The notes under the pieces are model-generated. The model did no database searches, was not told the DNA's origin, and saw only the letters and a program-made list of their open reading frames with translations. A DNA stretch of 59,167 nucleotides, counting the filler. It is 6 parts of 6 records of this genome, joined end to end, with 100 filler letters (N's around TTAATTAATTAA, not from the genome) between each part and the next. Parts side by side here need not be neighbours in the genome. Positions count along the whole stretch, not along the records: positions 24,070 to 33,383 come from DRR723986_14400; positions 33,484 to 42,340 come from DRR723986_14401; 4 more parts are not named here. The stretch is one strand, 5' to 3'. The translations under genes were made by a program, and so were the position numbers. Below, one piece after another: positions 29,628 through 40,699 of the stretch. The stretch's first letter is position 1. Each line of letters opens with the position of its first letter.

Positions 29628-32600
29628 TTACAGCCTGGCCGGCAGGGTGAAGTTTTCGATCAGGCCCTCAGCGAACGGGTGCCGCACAGAGGCGGGTTCG
29701 ATACGCAAACGAGCCAGATAATCACTGAGCATGATTTCCAGGGTAAGGTCACGACCATCACCCTTCACGCCGTCATAGGCTCTCAGCATTCGGAATAGCC
29801 CCCAGTCACCCGGAAAATTACGCTGAACTACAGCATCGGTGGTAGAGCCCGGATTCACTGCTATGCGCACCAGACCGGGGCTCTCGCCAGGCCACTCAAA
29901 CTGGTGTTTTCGCGCCGGCCCATGGCGATAGACCATTTCAGAACCACCGGCTTCGACACTGAACTGGGTCACGCGATTGTCCAGGTATACCGGCTGCACA
30001 GCGTAGGGGACTTTCAGATTCTTTGTGCCATCTTCGAAAAAGGCATTACGGATCCGGTTGGCTCTCTGAAAGAACCTCAGACTGTCACGGCGGATGTTGA
30101 GATCCGTTGACAGCTTCCAGGGGTTGGTGGACGTATCGACGTGGTCGGCCAGATAAGTGTTAAAAAAGGAATCAATAGTGCCGCCATGACCAAAGAACTG
30201 GCTGAAGTCCGCCAACCCGACTTCCTCACTGGCTTCCGGGTTAAGGGGATAAAGGCCGGCCAGCGCAGACTGGAACTCACGGTATACCTGGTTACGCCAC
30301 AGTCCATTAATTTTCTGGGTTGCAGAGGAACGAACCAGGCCTCTGGATTCGCGCGCAAAATCAGCGACAATCGATTCCAGATGCGCCGACTGGGTATTCC
30401 CCACCGTCGCATAGAAGCTCGTAACAGCAGTATTGAATTCACTCCGGGTGACCGTCTGAAAACGATTGGCGCCCCCCGACTGCTCAGCAAAATACCGGGA
30501 CATGATGCGAGCACTGTCCTGCAACGACAGGAAGGTTTCTTCTTTGATGTTGTGCAGAACCTTGAAGGCATCGTCCACCATGGTGGTCTCTACCGGCTCT
30601 TCACCAGCCAACGGAAGAATGCGGTTGAGACGATCCAGCGCTCGGCTATTTCGGGTTACCTCCCGCACCGCCTGACCTTTCGCCGCATCGGCAGCCTCTG
30701 ACGTCTTGTCAGGCGCTACCGCTAACTGGGTATTGTATTTGACGGCAGAGACCAACCTGTTGAGGGGGGCATCCGGTCCACTGATCAGGCTGGTCAGATA
30801 ACGCCCCTGGTCAGGGCTCTGGAATGAGCGGATCTTGAGATCCGACATCAGTGAATCCCATGCATGCACGTAGTCACGGAAATAGTGATCTTCAACTAGC
30901 GCCTTGATACGCTCTTCATCAAGGTTCCTGTAAGCCGCCGAGTCTTCACCATAAACCCAGGAGTCTTCCAGAAGATGGCTTACGATCTGATCACGCTCAG
31001 GCTCAAACACCCCCTGATAGCCAGCTTTCGTATACAGCGCCGGAATACCATCGTGCAGGCTCCGACCAGAACGGCGCTCAAACACTTCAGCCGCCACTGT
31101 TCCAAGAACCATTGGTAGCCGGAACTCCGGCAGACCCGCCGCCTGGGCGTCCAGTCGAATACGCTGGTAGGCGCGTTCGGATAACGGAACAGAGGTGAGT
31201 TCATTGCGGGCCACTTCAATCAGGCCCGGAGTAATACGCAGAGGCTGCTCAAGCGCCAGATAACTCTCAATATGACGGAGCAGGGACTCGCGCTGTGGCC
31301 TGTTGATTTCGCCGGGAAGTTGGTTCTGGAGCATGAACGAAATCCACAGGGTTACCTGATCACCGTCGAACCGGTTCCGGTCACCCAGCATAAGGTAGCT
31401 TTTCAGGGCCTCGTAAAGATACTCGGGATTATCCAGATGTTGCTGGATGTCGGCTTCCAGAGTGTCCTTCAGGGTAGTTGCCAGACGGTACTGCAACACC
31501 CGACCGTGTACCCCCAGAGCCGCCTGCTGAAGCGCTTCCAGCTGGAAATATCCAAGAGAGGAAACACCATGCTCCCGGGGCTCCTGTACGCCGCCAGTCA
31601 GCTCAGAGGACTCGTTGAGTACCGTTTCGATAGCCAGCCAGTCTGCGTCTTTGGGTACCCTGTGCAGGGTATCCCTGAGCCCCTCTGCACGGGTTTCAAA
31701 AGTTGCAATCAGGTCTCTGGCGCGAGCGTAGTCAGTGTACCAGGTCACTGATAGCGCCAGTGTCAGAACGGCCATCGCGGAAAACGCGAACCGGCGGGCC
31801 ATCATCCGCTGGCGAGCCTTGCCACTGTCTGTGACCGCCAGGCCATGCTCGGAAAAAATGATCCGGTCAAACAGTTTATGTTGGAAATACCCCCCACTGG
31901 GCAGGCTCTGGGTTTCCCGGGAGGCTTTGGGTGAGCGCAAGCGGAATTGCTGGTCAACAATACCGGAGACCTTATCGTAACCTGCCTGCCCCTGTTCGGA
32001 AGAGACCAGATACACACCCCGGAGCAACGGAACTTCCTCGTACGCGGAAGGGAAAAATACATCTTTGACGAGGTTCCATAAAGGTGTACGCAACAAAGCC
32101 ACCTGTTTGGGAAACTCGTAGATTCTATGGCGTGTTGCCGGAGCCCTCTCCTGCTTCAAACGGTGCAACAGGAAACCGCTAAGACGGTTGAGCAGCTGAT
32201 CAAACTCCTGCTCGAAGATCTTCGGCAGCTTCTCTGCATCACGCACCGTATCGAGATCAAAGGTGATACCCAGAACCTCTTCCCGCTCCTGTTCGGACAG
32301 CATTCCGAAGGTGTCAACGAAGCCCTCCAGCAAGTCAAACTTGGTGAGCATCACGTAGACAGGAAACACCACTCCAAGGCGATTCCGAAGCTCCTGCACC
32401 CGCTGCTTGATCGCTCTGGCGTGTATCGCCTGCTCGGTCGGCGTCTGCTCCAGCAAATCCGCTACGCTTACGGCAACGATAACGCCGTTGATCGGCTGTC
32501 GGGAACGGTACTTCTTGAGCAACCCCAGAAATGAATTCCAGCCCTTGGCATCGCGCTTGTCACCGGACTCCTGGGTGGTGTAACGCCCAGCGGTATCGAT

Positions 32601-33137
32601 GATTACAGCACGGTTGGTAAACCACCAGTCGCAATAACGGGTGCCCCCCAGGCCTTTAACCGGGTCAAGACCCATCTCGCTTTTCAGAGGGAATTCGAGG
32701 CCGGAGTTAAGCAGAGCCGTGGATTTGCCGGAGCCAGGTGCACCAACAATCATGTACCAGGGCAACTGGTACACCGAACTGAAACGCCCGGACTTCCACT
32801 TCTTGACCAGCGTAAGCGCCTTGCGCATATTGCTCCGCTGAGTTGCCAGTTCTTCCTGAAGCAGCTCATCGCCTTCGTCGGTGGCCATCATTTCCTCGAC
32901 GACCCGCTCATTGTCACGCCGCTCCTTTCGGGACCGCCAGAGCTCCAGCGCAAGATAGATGATGATCAGGATCAGCAGAAACGAGACCCGCGCTATGCCC
33001 GAGGCCAGCGGCTTCCAGTCAGCGATAGCAAGGAACGGCCCCCCGAACCAGACAAGTACGGTAAGCGCAACGAACCCGAGCACCACGAATACGGCTCTCA
33101 ATGTCATCCGGGACAGCATCCGGCGAATCCATGCCAT
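29628..33137 (-). CDS. tssM: T6SS membrane complex subunit TssM/IcmF
   Basis: LPWYMIVGAPGSGKST, CDWWFT, IDTAGRY, WGLFRML. Confidence 0.96.
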   Translation of the reverse strand: MAWIRRMLSRMTLRAVFVVLGFVALTVLVWFGGPFLAIADWKPLASGIARVSFLLILIIIYLALELWRSRKERRDNERVVEEMMATDEGDELLQEELATQRSNMRKALTLVKKWKSGRFSSVYQLPWYMIVGAPGSGKSTALLNSGLEFPLKSEMGLDPVKGLGGTRYCDWWFTNRAVIIDTAGRYTTQESGDKRDAKGWNSFLGLLKKYRSRQPINGVIVAVSVADLLEQTPTEQAIHARAIKQRVQELRNRLGVVFPVYVMLTKFDLLEGFVDTFGMLSEQEREEVLGITFDLDTVRDAEKLPKIFEQEFDQLLNRLSGFLLHRLKQERAPATRHRIYEFPKQVALLRTPLWNLVKDVFFPSAYEEVPLLRGVYLVSSEQGQAGYDKVSGIVDQQFRLRSPKASRETQSLPSGGYFQHKLFDRIIFSEHGLAVTDSGKARQRMMARRFAFSAMAVLTLALSVTWYTDYARARDLIATFETRAEGLRDTLHRVPKDADWLAIETVLNESSELTGGVQEPREHGVSSLGYFQLEALQQAALGVHGRVLQYRLATTLKDTLEADIQQHLDNPEYLYEALKSYLMLGDRNRFDGDQVTLWISFMLQNQLPGEINRPQRESLLRHIESYLALEQPLRITPGLIEVARNELTSVPLSERAYQRIRLDAQAAGLPEFRLPMVLGTVAAEVFERRSGRSLHDGIPALYTKAGYQGVFEPERDQIVSHLLEDSWVYGEDSAAYRNLDEERIKALVEDHYFRDYVHAWDSLMSDLKIRSFQSPDQGRYLTSLISGPDAPLNRLVSAVKYNTQLAVAPDKTSEAADAAKGQAVREVTRNSRALDRLNRILPLAGEEPVETTMVDDAFKVLHNIKEETFLSLQDSARIMSRYFAEQSGGANRFQTVTRSEFNTAVTSFYATVGNTQSAHLESIVADFARESRGLVRSSATQKINGLWRNQVYREFQSALAGLYPLNPEASEEVGLADFSQFFGHGGTIDSFFNTYLADHVDTSTNPWKLSTDLNIRRDSLRFFQRANRIRNAFFEDGTKNLKVPYAVQPVYLDNRVTQFSVEAGGSEMVYRHGPARKHQFEWPGESPGLVRIAVNPGSTTDAVVQRNFPGDWGLFRMLRAYDGVKGDGRDLTLEIMLSDYLARLRIEPASVRHPFAEGLIENFTLPARL

Positions 33138-33168
33138 GTGTTTACCTCAACTACTCGTAAGTCCGTTT

Positions 33169-33383
33169 TCAGGGAATCAGACTGATTTCGACCCGCCTGT
33201 TCCGGGCCCGATTCTCAGCAGATGAATTGTCGAATCTTGGCTCGGTATCGCCCCGGCCCTCCGGCCACAGGCGGCCTTTCAAGGCAGCCGAGCCCGCAAG
33301 CTCATCCGATACCGACGTCGCTCGGGCCAATGACAGGTGCCAGTTGGAAGGGTATCGGCTGGTGGCTATCGGCTGGCTGTCGG
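33169..33383 (-). CDS. tssL: TssL with OmpA/MotB C-terminal domain, 3' fragment
   Basis: Hand translation: DSQPIATSRYPSNWHLSLARATSV...EGRGDTEP...NRARNRRVEISLIP*; directly upstream of tssM. Confidence 0.8.
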
Positions 33384-33483
33384 NNNNNNNNNNNNNNNNN
33401 NNNNNNNNNNNNNNNNNNNNNNNNNNNTTAATTAATTAANNNNNNNNNNNNNNNNNNNNNNNNNNNNNNNNNNNNNNNNNNNN
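33384..33483. other. Artificial contig linker
   Basis: N-run + TTAATTAATTAA. Confidence 0.99.
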
Positions 33484-33601
33484 TCTTCGGGTGGTGCAGA
33501 TGCTGTTGGGGCACAGTGATCTCACCACCACCCAGATCTATACCCATGTCGCACGGCAGCGGATGCAGGAACTGCACTCGCAGCATCACCCGCGCGGCTA
33601 G
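33484..33601 (+). CDS. xerD: Tyrosine recombinase XerD, C-terminal fragment
   Basis: [23 protein letters not shown]...HHPRG*; upstream of dsbC. Confidence 0.93.
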
Positions 33602-33694
33602 GGAACTAAAGTAGGCTTGCCTGTTCCAAGCGTGACATAATTGCACCCCGGGCCGGCGGATCAGCCGCCGACGTACTTCCGAGACAGAGGACCC

Positions 33695-34447
33695 ATGATG
33701 AGTTATCAACGAGTTACACTGGCGCTGCTGGGCTGCCTGGTATTGCTGGCATCCTTCGCCCGGGCCGCGGAGCCAGTGGCGACCGAGGTGGTGGAGAAGT
33801 TGCGCATCGCGTTGGAAAACCCAGCTATGGGCCTGAAGGTCGACACGGTCGCCGAGAGTGCGGTCCCGGGGATGTACGAAGTGCAGTTCACTAACGGTCC
33901 GCTGGTCTATGCCACGCCCGATGGCAGTCATTTCCTGGTCGGCGACCTGTTTGCCGTCACCTCCGATGGTTTCGTTAACCTTGCCGAACAGCGTCGCGAC
34001 AAGCAGCGGATGGAGCGCATTGACAGTGTTCCGGTGGAAGACATGATTGTATTCGCCGCCGAGGGGGAAACGCGTGCCCACATCTCCGTGTTTACCGATG
34101 TGACCTGCTTCTACTGCCAGAAACTGCACCGGGAAGTGCCGGAGCTGAACAAGCGTGGGGTGGAAGTACGCTACCTCGCCTACCCGCGTGCCGGTATCGG
34201 CTCCGATGGTTACCGGCAGCTGGCCAGCGCCTGGTGTGCGGATAATCCGCAGGATACGCTGACCCGGCTCAAGAACCGAGAAACCGTGCCGGACAAGGTC
34301 TGTCCCGGTAACCCGATTTCCGACCAGTACGCGCTGGGCCAGGAGATGGGCGTGCGCGGAACCCCGGCCATCATCACCGAGTCCGGACGCATGATTCCGG
34401 GCTACCAGTCCGCCGATGACCTGATGGTCACCCTGGGCCTTAAGTAG
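33695..34447 (+). CDS. dsbC: Thiol:disulfide interchange protein
   Basis: Signal peptide, VFTDVTCFYCQKLH, GVRGTPAI. Confidence 0.93.
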   Translation: MMSYQRVTLALLGCLVLLASFARAAEPVATEVVEKLRIALENPAMGLKVDTVAESAVPGMYEVQFTNGPLVYATPDGSHFLVGDLFAVTSDGFVNLAEQRRDKQRMERIDSVPVEDMIVFAAEGETRAHISVFTDVTCFYCQKLHREVPELNKRGVEVRYLAYPRAGIGSDGYRQLASAWCADNPQDTLTRLKNRETVPDKVCPGNPISDQYALGQEMGVRGTPAIITESGRMIPGYQSADDLMVTLGLK

Positions 34448-34565
34448 AGCACAACTATTACCCGCCGGGGCCGTGCTGCGTTGACAGCGCGGGCCGGCGC
34501 CAGTACTGTTTGCCACCTTTTTTACCGTTCCCGCGCCCGTCGCGGCGCCGCAGGTCTAGCACAGC

Positions 34566-35753
34566 GTGGAAGACAATTTTCAGCGCATTCAGCGCCTCCC
34601 TCCCTATGTATTTAACATCATCGGTGACCTGAAGCAGAAGGCCCGGGCGGCAGGTGAGGACATCATCGATTTTGGCATGGGTAATCCGGATCAACCCACG
34701 CCGGGGCATATCGTGGACAAGATGGTGGAGACCGCCCGTCGAGGTGATACCCACCGCTATTCCCAGTCCAAGGGGATTCCGCGTCTGCGCAAGGCGATCT
34801 GTGACTGGTACCAGCGCCGCTATGACGTCACCCTGGACCCGGAGACCGAGGCCATCGTGACCCTGGGCTCCAAGGAAGGCCTGGCGCACCTGGCGCTGGC
34901 GACCACCGGGCCGGGTGATGCGATTCTGGTGCCGAACCCGTCCTACCCGATCCATCCCTACGGCTTCGTGATATCCGGCGCCGACATCCGACACGTGCCG
35001 ATGTCGGACGAGAGCACGTTTTTCGACGAACTTGAAAACGCGATCCGCAACAGCTGGCCCAAGCCCAAAATGCTGGTGCTGAATTTTCCCTCCAACCCCA
35101 CGGCCCACTGTGTGGAACTCGATTTCTTCGAGAAAGTTATCAGCATTGCCCGGGAGCACCAGATCTGGGTGGTGCAGGACCTGGCCTATGCAGACCTGTG
35201 CTTCGACGGCTACGTCGCGCCGTCTATCCTGCAGGTGCCCGATGCCCGGGAAGTGGCGGTCGAGTTTTTCAGTATGTCCAAGAGCTACAACATGCCAGGC
35301 TGGCGGGTTGGGTTCTGTTGCGGCAACCGGCAACTGATTGGCGCGCTGGCGCGCATGAAGTCCTACCTCGACTACGGTATGTTTACCCCGATCCAGGTTG
35401 CGGCGATCGCCGCGCTGGAAGGCGACCAGTCCTGTGTCAGCGAGATTAACGCGATGTACGCCTCCCGCCGGGATGTGTTGTGCAAGGGCCTGGCAGAAGC
35501 CGGCTGGCCGGTGACGCCGCCGAAGGCGACCATGTTCGTCTGGGCGGAGATTCCTGCTTTTTACCGGGACCTCGGCTCGCTGGAGTTCAGCAAGAAGTTG
35601 CTGGTGGACGCCAAGGTCGCGGTATCGCCAGGGCTGGGTTTTGGCGAGTATGGCGAGGGCTATGTGCGGTTTGGCCTGATCGAGAACGAGCACCGGACAC
35701 GGCAGGCTATCCGCAGTATCAGGCGGATGTTTCGCCAGGATGGGGCCGCGTGA
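34566..35753 (+). CDS. alaC: PLP-dependent alanine aminotransferase (AlaC-like)
   Basis: [30 protein letters not shown]. Confidence 0.88.
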   Translation: MEDNFQRIQRLPPYVFNIIGDLKQKARAAGEDIIDFGMGNPDQPTPGHIVDKMVETARRGDTHRYSQSKGIPRLRKAICDWYQRRYDVTLDPETEAIVTLGSKEGLAHLALATTGPGDAILVPNPSYPIHPYGFVISGADIRHVPMSDESTFFDELENAIRNSWPKPKMLVLNFPSNPTAHCVELDFFEKVISIAREHQIWVVQDLAYADLCFDGYVAPSILQVPDAREVAVEFFSMSKSYNMPGWRVGFCCGNRQLIGALARMKSYLDYGMFTPIQVAAIAALEGDQSCVSEINAMYASRRDVLCKGLAEAGWPVTPPKATMFVWAEIPAFYRDLGSLEFSKKLLVDAKVAVSPGLGFGEYGEGYVRFGLIENEHRTRQAIRSIRRMFRQDGAA

Positions 35754-35784
35754 GGATCGACCGAGTGAGCGAGGGGAATAAGCA

Positions 35785-37092
35785 GTGAAGCCGGTTACAG
35801 TAGGAATTTGCGGCCTGGGTACGGTAGGGGGTGGAGCGTTTCGCCTGCTGCGCGATAACGCCGAGCTGATCGCCGGGCGGGCCCAGGTGCCTGTGCTTGT
35901 CTCCCACGTCGGTGCCCGCCGCGACAACCCGGATTGCCCGACGGGAGATGTGCCGGTCAGCCGCGATATCTTCGCCGTCGCCAGAGATCCGGAGGTACAG
36001 GTGCTGGTTGAGCTCATCGGCGGCACAACGGTTGCGCGCGACCTGGTCGAGACGGCCATTCGTAACGGCAAGCACGTGGTTACCGCGAATAAGGCGCTGA
36101 TCGCGGAGGCGGGTAACGAACTATTCGCCCTGGCAGCAGAGCACCAGGTAACACTGCGCTATGAGGCCGCCGTGGCTGGAGGGATTCCGATCATCAAGGC
36201 CCTGCGCGAGGGTTTGGCAGCCAACCGTATCGCCTGGCTGGCAGGTATCATCAACGGTACCGGCAATTTCATCCTGACTGAAATGCGCGACAAGGGGACC
36301 CCGTTCGCGGAGGTGCTGGCAGAGGCGCAGGACCTGGGTTACGCCGAGGCGGACCCGACCTTTGATATCGAGGGGATAGACGCGGCCCACAAGCTGGTCA
36401 TCCTGGCGTCGCTGGCCTTTGGCATACCGCTGGCCATAGACGCGGTCTATGCAGAGGGCATTACCGGACTGACGCCTCAGGACCTGCGCTATGCCGAGGA
36501 GCTGGGTTACCGAATCAAGCATCTGGGCATTGCCAAGCAGGGCCCGGAGGGCGTGCAGCTCAGGGTGCATCCCACCCTGGTCCCGCAGGAGCGCCTGCTG
36601 GCCAACGTCAACGGGGTGATGAATGCGGTGCTGGTCGAGGGGGACGCGGTTGGTCCCACCTTGTACTACGGCCCCGGTGCCGGCGCCCAGCCTACAGCGT
36701 CCGCGGTCATTGCGGATGTTATCGACCTGGCCAGGGAACTCGGAGCGGGGCAGCGTTGCCCTGTGCCGGCGCTGGGCCTGGCTGCGGATAAGCTGCAGGC
36801 GCAGCCCTTCGTGCCAATGGATGACGTGGTCACGGCCTGGTATCTGCGGATGGAAGCGGACGATCGGCCGGGTGTCATGTCGCGGGTTACCAGCCTGTTG
36901 GGTGAGCAGGGCATCAGTATCGAGGCCCTTATCCAGAAAGCGCCAAGACGTGGGCAGACCCGGGTTCCGGTCATTGTGCTTACCAACGAGGCGCGCCAGG
37001 GCAACCTGGAAATGGCGGTACAGGCCATTGAGGCACTGGACAGCATCGGCAGCAGGATCACCCGTATCCGGGTGGAAACGCTGGACGGCTAG
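35785..37092 (+). CDS. hom: Homoserine dehydrogenase with ACT domain
   Basis: GLGTVGGG, VTANKA, EAAVAGGIP, GYAEADPTFD. Confidence 0.96.
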   Translation: MKPVTVGICGLGTVGGGAFRLLRDNAELIAGRAQVPVLVSHVGARRDNPDCPTGDVPVSRDIFAVARDPEVQVLVELIGGTTVARDLVETAIRNGKHVVTANKALIAEAGNELFALAAEHQVTLRYEAAVAGGIPIIKALREGLAANRIAWLAGIINGTGNFILTEMRDKGTPFAEVLAEAQDLGYAEADPTFDIEGIDAAHKLVILASLAFGIPLAIDAVYAEGITGLTPQDLRYAEELGYRIKHLGIAKQGPEGVQLRVHPTLVPQERLLANVNGVMNAVLVEGDAVGPTLYYGPGAGAQPTASAVIADVIDLARELGAGQRCPVPALGLAADKLQAQPFVPMDDVVTAWYLRMEADDRPGVMSRVTSLLGEQGISIEALIQKAPRRGQTRVPVIVLTNEARQGNLEMAVQAIEALDSIGSRITRIRVETLDG

Positions 37093-37104
37093 GAAGAGGA
37101 TTCG

Positions 37105-38502
37105 ATGAAATACATCAGTACGCGCGGCGCCGCACCGGCCCTGAACTTCGAGCAAGTCCTGCTGACCGGGCTGGCCTCCGACGGCGGACTTTACGTACCG
37201 GAGTCTCTGCCGCAGTTTTCCGCCGAGGACATTGCCGGCATGGCCGGCCTTGACTACCCCGAACTCGCCCGGCGAATCATCACGCCGTTTGTTGGTGACT
37301 GCATCCCGGAGGCTGACCTGGAGACCATCCTGGTCGATACCTATGCCGGATTTCGCCACGATGCGGTGGCACCGCTGGTCCAGATAGCCCCCAACCAGTG
37401 GGTGCTGGAGCTGTTTCACGGGCCGACCCTGGCATTCAAGGATTTCGCCCTGCAGTTGCTCGGGCGCCTGCTGGACTACGTGCTCGAACGGGAGCACCGC
37501 AAAGTCGTGATCATGGGCGCCACGTCAGGCGATACTGGCTCGGCTGCGATTGAAGGTTGCCGTCGCTGCCGCAACATCGACATCTTTATCCTGCACCCGC
37601 ACCAGCGGGTCTCCGAGGTCCAGCGGCGCCAGATGACGACCGTGGCTGGGGCCAATATCCATAACCTCGCGGTCGAGGGCAACTTTGACGACTGCCAGGC
37701 CATGGTCAAGGCCAGTTTCAACAACCGCGAATTCCTGGCCGGTGATCGGGACCTGGTGGCGGTGAACTCGATCAACTGGGCGCGGATCATGGCCCAGATC
37801 GTGTACTACTTCTACGCTGCGGTGGCCCTGGGGGCGCCGGCCCGGCCGGTGGCCTTCTCAGTGCCCACGGGTAACTTCGGCGATATTTTTGCCGGCTACC
37901 TGGCGCGCCAGATGGGCCTGCCGGTAGAGCGGCTGATCATCGCAACCAACCGCAACGATGTCCTGCACCGGGTTATGACCACCGATACCTATGGCCGCCA
38001 GCCACTGGAGCACTCGCTGTCACCGAGCATGGATATCAGTGTGTCGAGCAACTTCGAGCGCCTGCTGTTTGACCTGTATGACCGCGATGGCGGCGCAATT
38101 GCCGACCTGATGCGGCGCTTCGACGAGGGTGATATCCGCTTCACGGAAACGGCAATGGCCCGCGCCCGGTCGCTGTTCAGCAGTCGCTGCGTTTCCGACG
38201 AGGAGACCTGTGCCCAGATAGCCGATACCTGGGAGCACTGTGAGTACCTGCTCGATCCGCATAGCGCGATCGGGGTCAAGGCGGCGGGGGATGCAGGCGT
38301 GGACCCTGCGGTGCCTGTCGTCACCCTCGCCACGGCGCATCCGGCCAAGTTCCCTGACGCGATCCAGGCTTCGGGGGTGGCATGCGAACCGGCGCTGCCG
38401 CTGCACCTGAAGGACCTTTACGAGCGCGAGGAGCGTTACCAGGTGCTGCCCAACGACCTCGCCGCGGTGCAGGCCTTCATGGCAGAGAACATCAACGCCT
38501 GA
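37105..38502 (+). CDS. thrC: Threonine synthase
   Basis: MKYISTRG, ELFHGPTLAFKD, ATSGDTG, NSINWARI, TAHPAKF. Confidence 0.97.
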   Translation: MKYISTRGAAPALNFEQVLLTGLASDGGLYVPESLPQFSAEDIAGMAGLDYPELARRIITPFVGDCIPEADLETILVDTYAGFRHDAVAPLVQIAPNQWVLELFHGPTLAFKDFALQLLGRLLDYVLEREHRKVVIMGATSGDTGSAAIEGCRRCRNIDIFILHPHQRVSEVQRRQMTTVAGANIHNLAVEGNFDDCQAMVKASFNNREFLAGDRDLVAVNSINWARIMAQIVYYFYAAVALGAPARPVAFSVPTGNFGDIFAGYLARQMGLPVERLIIATNRNDVLHRVMTTDTYGRQPLEHSLSPSMDISVSSNFERLLFDLYDRDGGAIADLMRRFDEGDIRFTETAMARARSLFSSRCVSDEETCAQIADTWEHCEYLLDPHSAIGVKAAGDAGVDPAVPVVTLATAHPAKFPDAIQASGVACEPALPLHLKDLYEREERYQVLPNDLAAVQAFMAENINA

Positions 38503-38509
38503 GGGCGCC

Positions 38510-40240
38510 GTGGATAAAATCATTCGCAGGCGCGAAGCGCCATCGCAGGCCCTGCAGGGCACCGGTCTGCACCCTCTGTTGGAGCGCGTTTATGCGGCTC
38601 GCGGGGTGGCATCTGCGGATGAACTGGCACTGGGTGCCGAGCACCTTATTCCACCTGAGCAACTGACCCATTGCACGACGGCAGCCACTCTTCTGGCGGA
38701 TGCCCTGCAGAATCGTTTGCGCATCCTGGTGGTGGGGGACTACGACGCCGATGGGGCCACCAGCAGTGCGCTGGCGGTCAGTGCGCTGCGCGAACTGGGA
38801 GCGCAGGCGGTCGACTACCTGGTCCCCAATCGCTTTGAATACGGCTACGGCCTGACTCCCGAAATCGTCGCTCTGGCGGCGGAGCGCGCTCCCGACCTGA
38901 TTATCACCGTCGACAACGGGATTTCCAGTATCGATGGTGTGTTGGCCGCGCGCACGGCGGGTATTGCCACCCTGGTGACTGACCACCATCTTGCAGGGGA
39001 AGAACTGCCCGCAGCCGATGTCATCGTCAATCCCAATCAACCGGGCTGCCCATTTCCCAGCAAGGCCCTGGCCGGGGTTGGGGTCATCTTCTACATCATG
39101 CTGGCGCTGCGCGCGGAGCTGCGCTCGCGCGGCTGGTTCGCCAGCGGCCGCAGCGAACCCAACCTGGGGCATTACCTGGACCTGGTGGCACTGGGCACCG
39201 TGGCAGACGTGGTGCCGCTGGATCGCAATAACCGGATCCTGGTGGAGGGCGGACTGCGCCGCATCCGTTCGGGGCGGGCGCGCCCCGGTATCCTGGCGCT
39301 GCTGGAGGTGGCCGGGCGCAATCACACGCGGGTAGTGGCCTCCGACCTCGGTTTCACAGTCGGTCCACGGCTGAATGCGGCGGGCCGACTCGATGATATG
39401 GCGATCGGCATCGAGTGCCTGTTGTGTGAGGATCAGCACCGCGCCCGCGCCTTTGCCAGTCGTCTGCACCAGTTCAACCAGGAGCGCCGATCCATCGAGC
39501 GAGAGATGCAGGATACAGCGCTGGCGCTGCTGGACGAGATGCCTCTCGCTGATGATGGCGAGGTCCCGCTGGCAATTGCCCTGCACGATCCGCGTTGGCA
39601 CGAAGGCGTTATCGGCATCCTCGCCTCACGGATTAAGGACCGGCTGCACCGCCCGACCATCGCTTTTGCCGATGCTGCGGACGGCTCGATAAAAGGATCG
39701 GCGCGCTCGATACCCGGGATCCATATCCGCGACATCCTCGATGCGGTTGCCAGCCGCAACCCGGGTTTGATCAGCAAGTTTGGTGGTCACGCGATGGCGG
39801 CGGGTCTCAGCCTGGGTCGTGACGACCTGCCGGCGTTTCGCGAGGCGTTCCTGGCGGAAGTCAGCCGCCACGCTGATGATGTGCAGCTGCAGGCGGTGGT
39901 TGATTCTGACGGCGAACTCGCGGCGACCGATTTTGACCTGGCGGTAGCGGAGGCACTGCGCTTTGCCGGTCCCTGGGGGCAGCATTTCCCGGAGCCCGTG
40001 TTCGATGGCCGTTTCGGCGTAGTGCAGCAGCGCATTGTCGGTGAGCGGCATCTCAAGCTGGTGCTGTCGGTACCGGCCAGCGGCGCCGTGGTGGATGCGA
40101 TCGCCTTCAATATTGATCCGGACTGTTGGCCCAAGCCCGAGGTCACCGAGCTCGAGCTCGCCTATCGGCTGGATATCAACGACTTCCGTGGTCAGCAATC
40201 CGTGCAACTGGTCGTGGAGCAGCTGCAAATACCCGCTTGA
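38510..40240 (+). CDS. recJ: ssDNA-specific exonuclease RecJ
   Basis: GDYDADG, TVDNG, TDHH, FGGHAMAAG. Confidence 0.97.
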   Translation: MDKIIRRREAPSQALQGTGLHPLLERVYAARGVASADELALGAEHLIPPEQLTHCTTAATLLADALQNRLRILVVGDYDADGATSSALAVSALRELGAQAVDYLVPNRFEYGYGLTPEIVALAAERAPDLIITVDNGISSIDGVLAARTAGIATLVTDHHLAGEELPAADVIVNPNQPGCPFPSKALAGVGVIFYIMLALRAELRSRGWFASGRSEPNLGHYLDLVALGTVADVVPLDRNNRILVEGGLRRIRSGRARPGILALLEVAGRNHTRVVASDLGFTVGPRLNAAGRLDDMAIGIECLLCEDQHRARAFASRLHQFNQERRSIEREMQDTALALLDEMPLADDGEVPLAIALHDPRWHEGVIGILASRIKDRLHRPTIAFADAADGSIKGSARSIPGIHIRDILDAVASRNPGLISKFGGHAMAAGLSLGRDDLPAFREAFLAEVSRHADDVQLQAVVDSDGELAATDFDLAVAEALRFAGPWGQHFPEPVFDGRFGVVQQRIVGERHLKLVLSVPASGAVVDAIAFNIDPDCWPKPEVTELELAYRLDINDFRGQQSVQLVVEQLQIPA

Positions 40241-40267
40241 CCTTCCAGTGACTGTAAGGTTTACATT
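40237..40267 (+). promoter_or_regulatory. CueR-type promoter/operator
   Basis: -35 TTGACC (40237-42), 19-bp spacer, -10 TACATT (40262-67); dyad ACCTTCCAGTGACTGTAAGGT (40240-60) resembles the CueR box. Confidence 0.85.
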
Positions 40268-40291
40268 GGCCCTGTCTACCCGGAGGGTCAG

Positions 40292-40699
40292 GTGATGAAT
40301 ATTTCCGGGGCCGCCCGTGCCAGCGGCCTGAGCAGTAAAACCATCCGTTACTACGAATCCATCGGCTTGATCGAGCCGGCCAAACGGAGCGCCAACGGTT
40401 ATCGCCATTACGATGATCGCGCCCTCGCGGAGCTGCAGTTCCTCGGCCGGGCGCGAGACGTCGGCTTCAATCTGGAAGAGTGCCGCCAGCTGCTGGACCT
40501 GCTCCACGATGCCGGACGCCAGAGTGCTCATGCGCGCAACCTGGTGCTGGCCAAGAGCCAGCAGCTGCAGGCACGTATCGATCAGCTGCAGGCGATGCAG
40601 GCAACCCTGCAGACCATGGCGGCTCGGTGTCGGGGTGATGAAGGCCCGGATTGCGCGATCCTCGACGACCTGGTTTCCGGTGGGAGCAGCGCCGCATGA
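40292..40699 (+). CDS. cueR: Cu(I)-responsive MerR-family regulator
   Basis: KTIRYYESIGLI..RSANGYRHY; C-terminal CRGDEGPDC (Cx7C). Confidence 0.9.
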   Translation: MMNISGAARASGLSSKTIRYYESIGLIEPAKRSANGYRHYDDRALAELQFLGRARDVGFNLEECRQLLDLLHDAGRQSAHARNLVLAKSQQLQARIDQLQAMQATLQTMAARCRGDEGPDCAILDDLVSGGSSAA

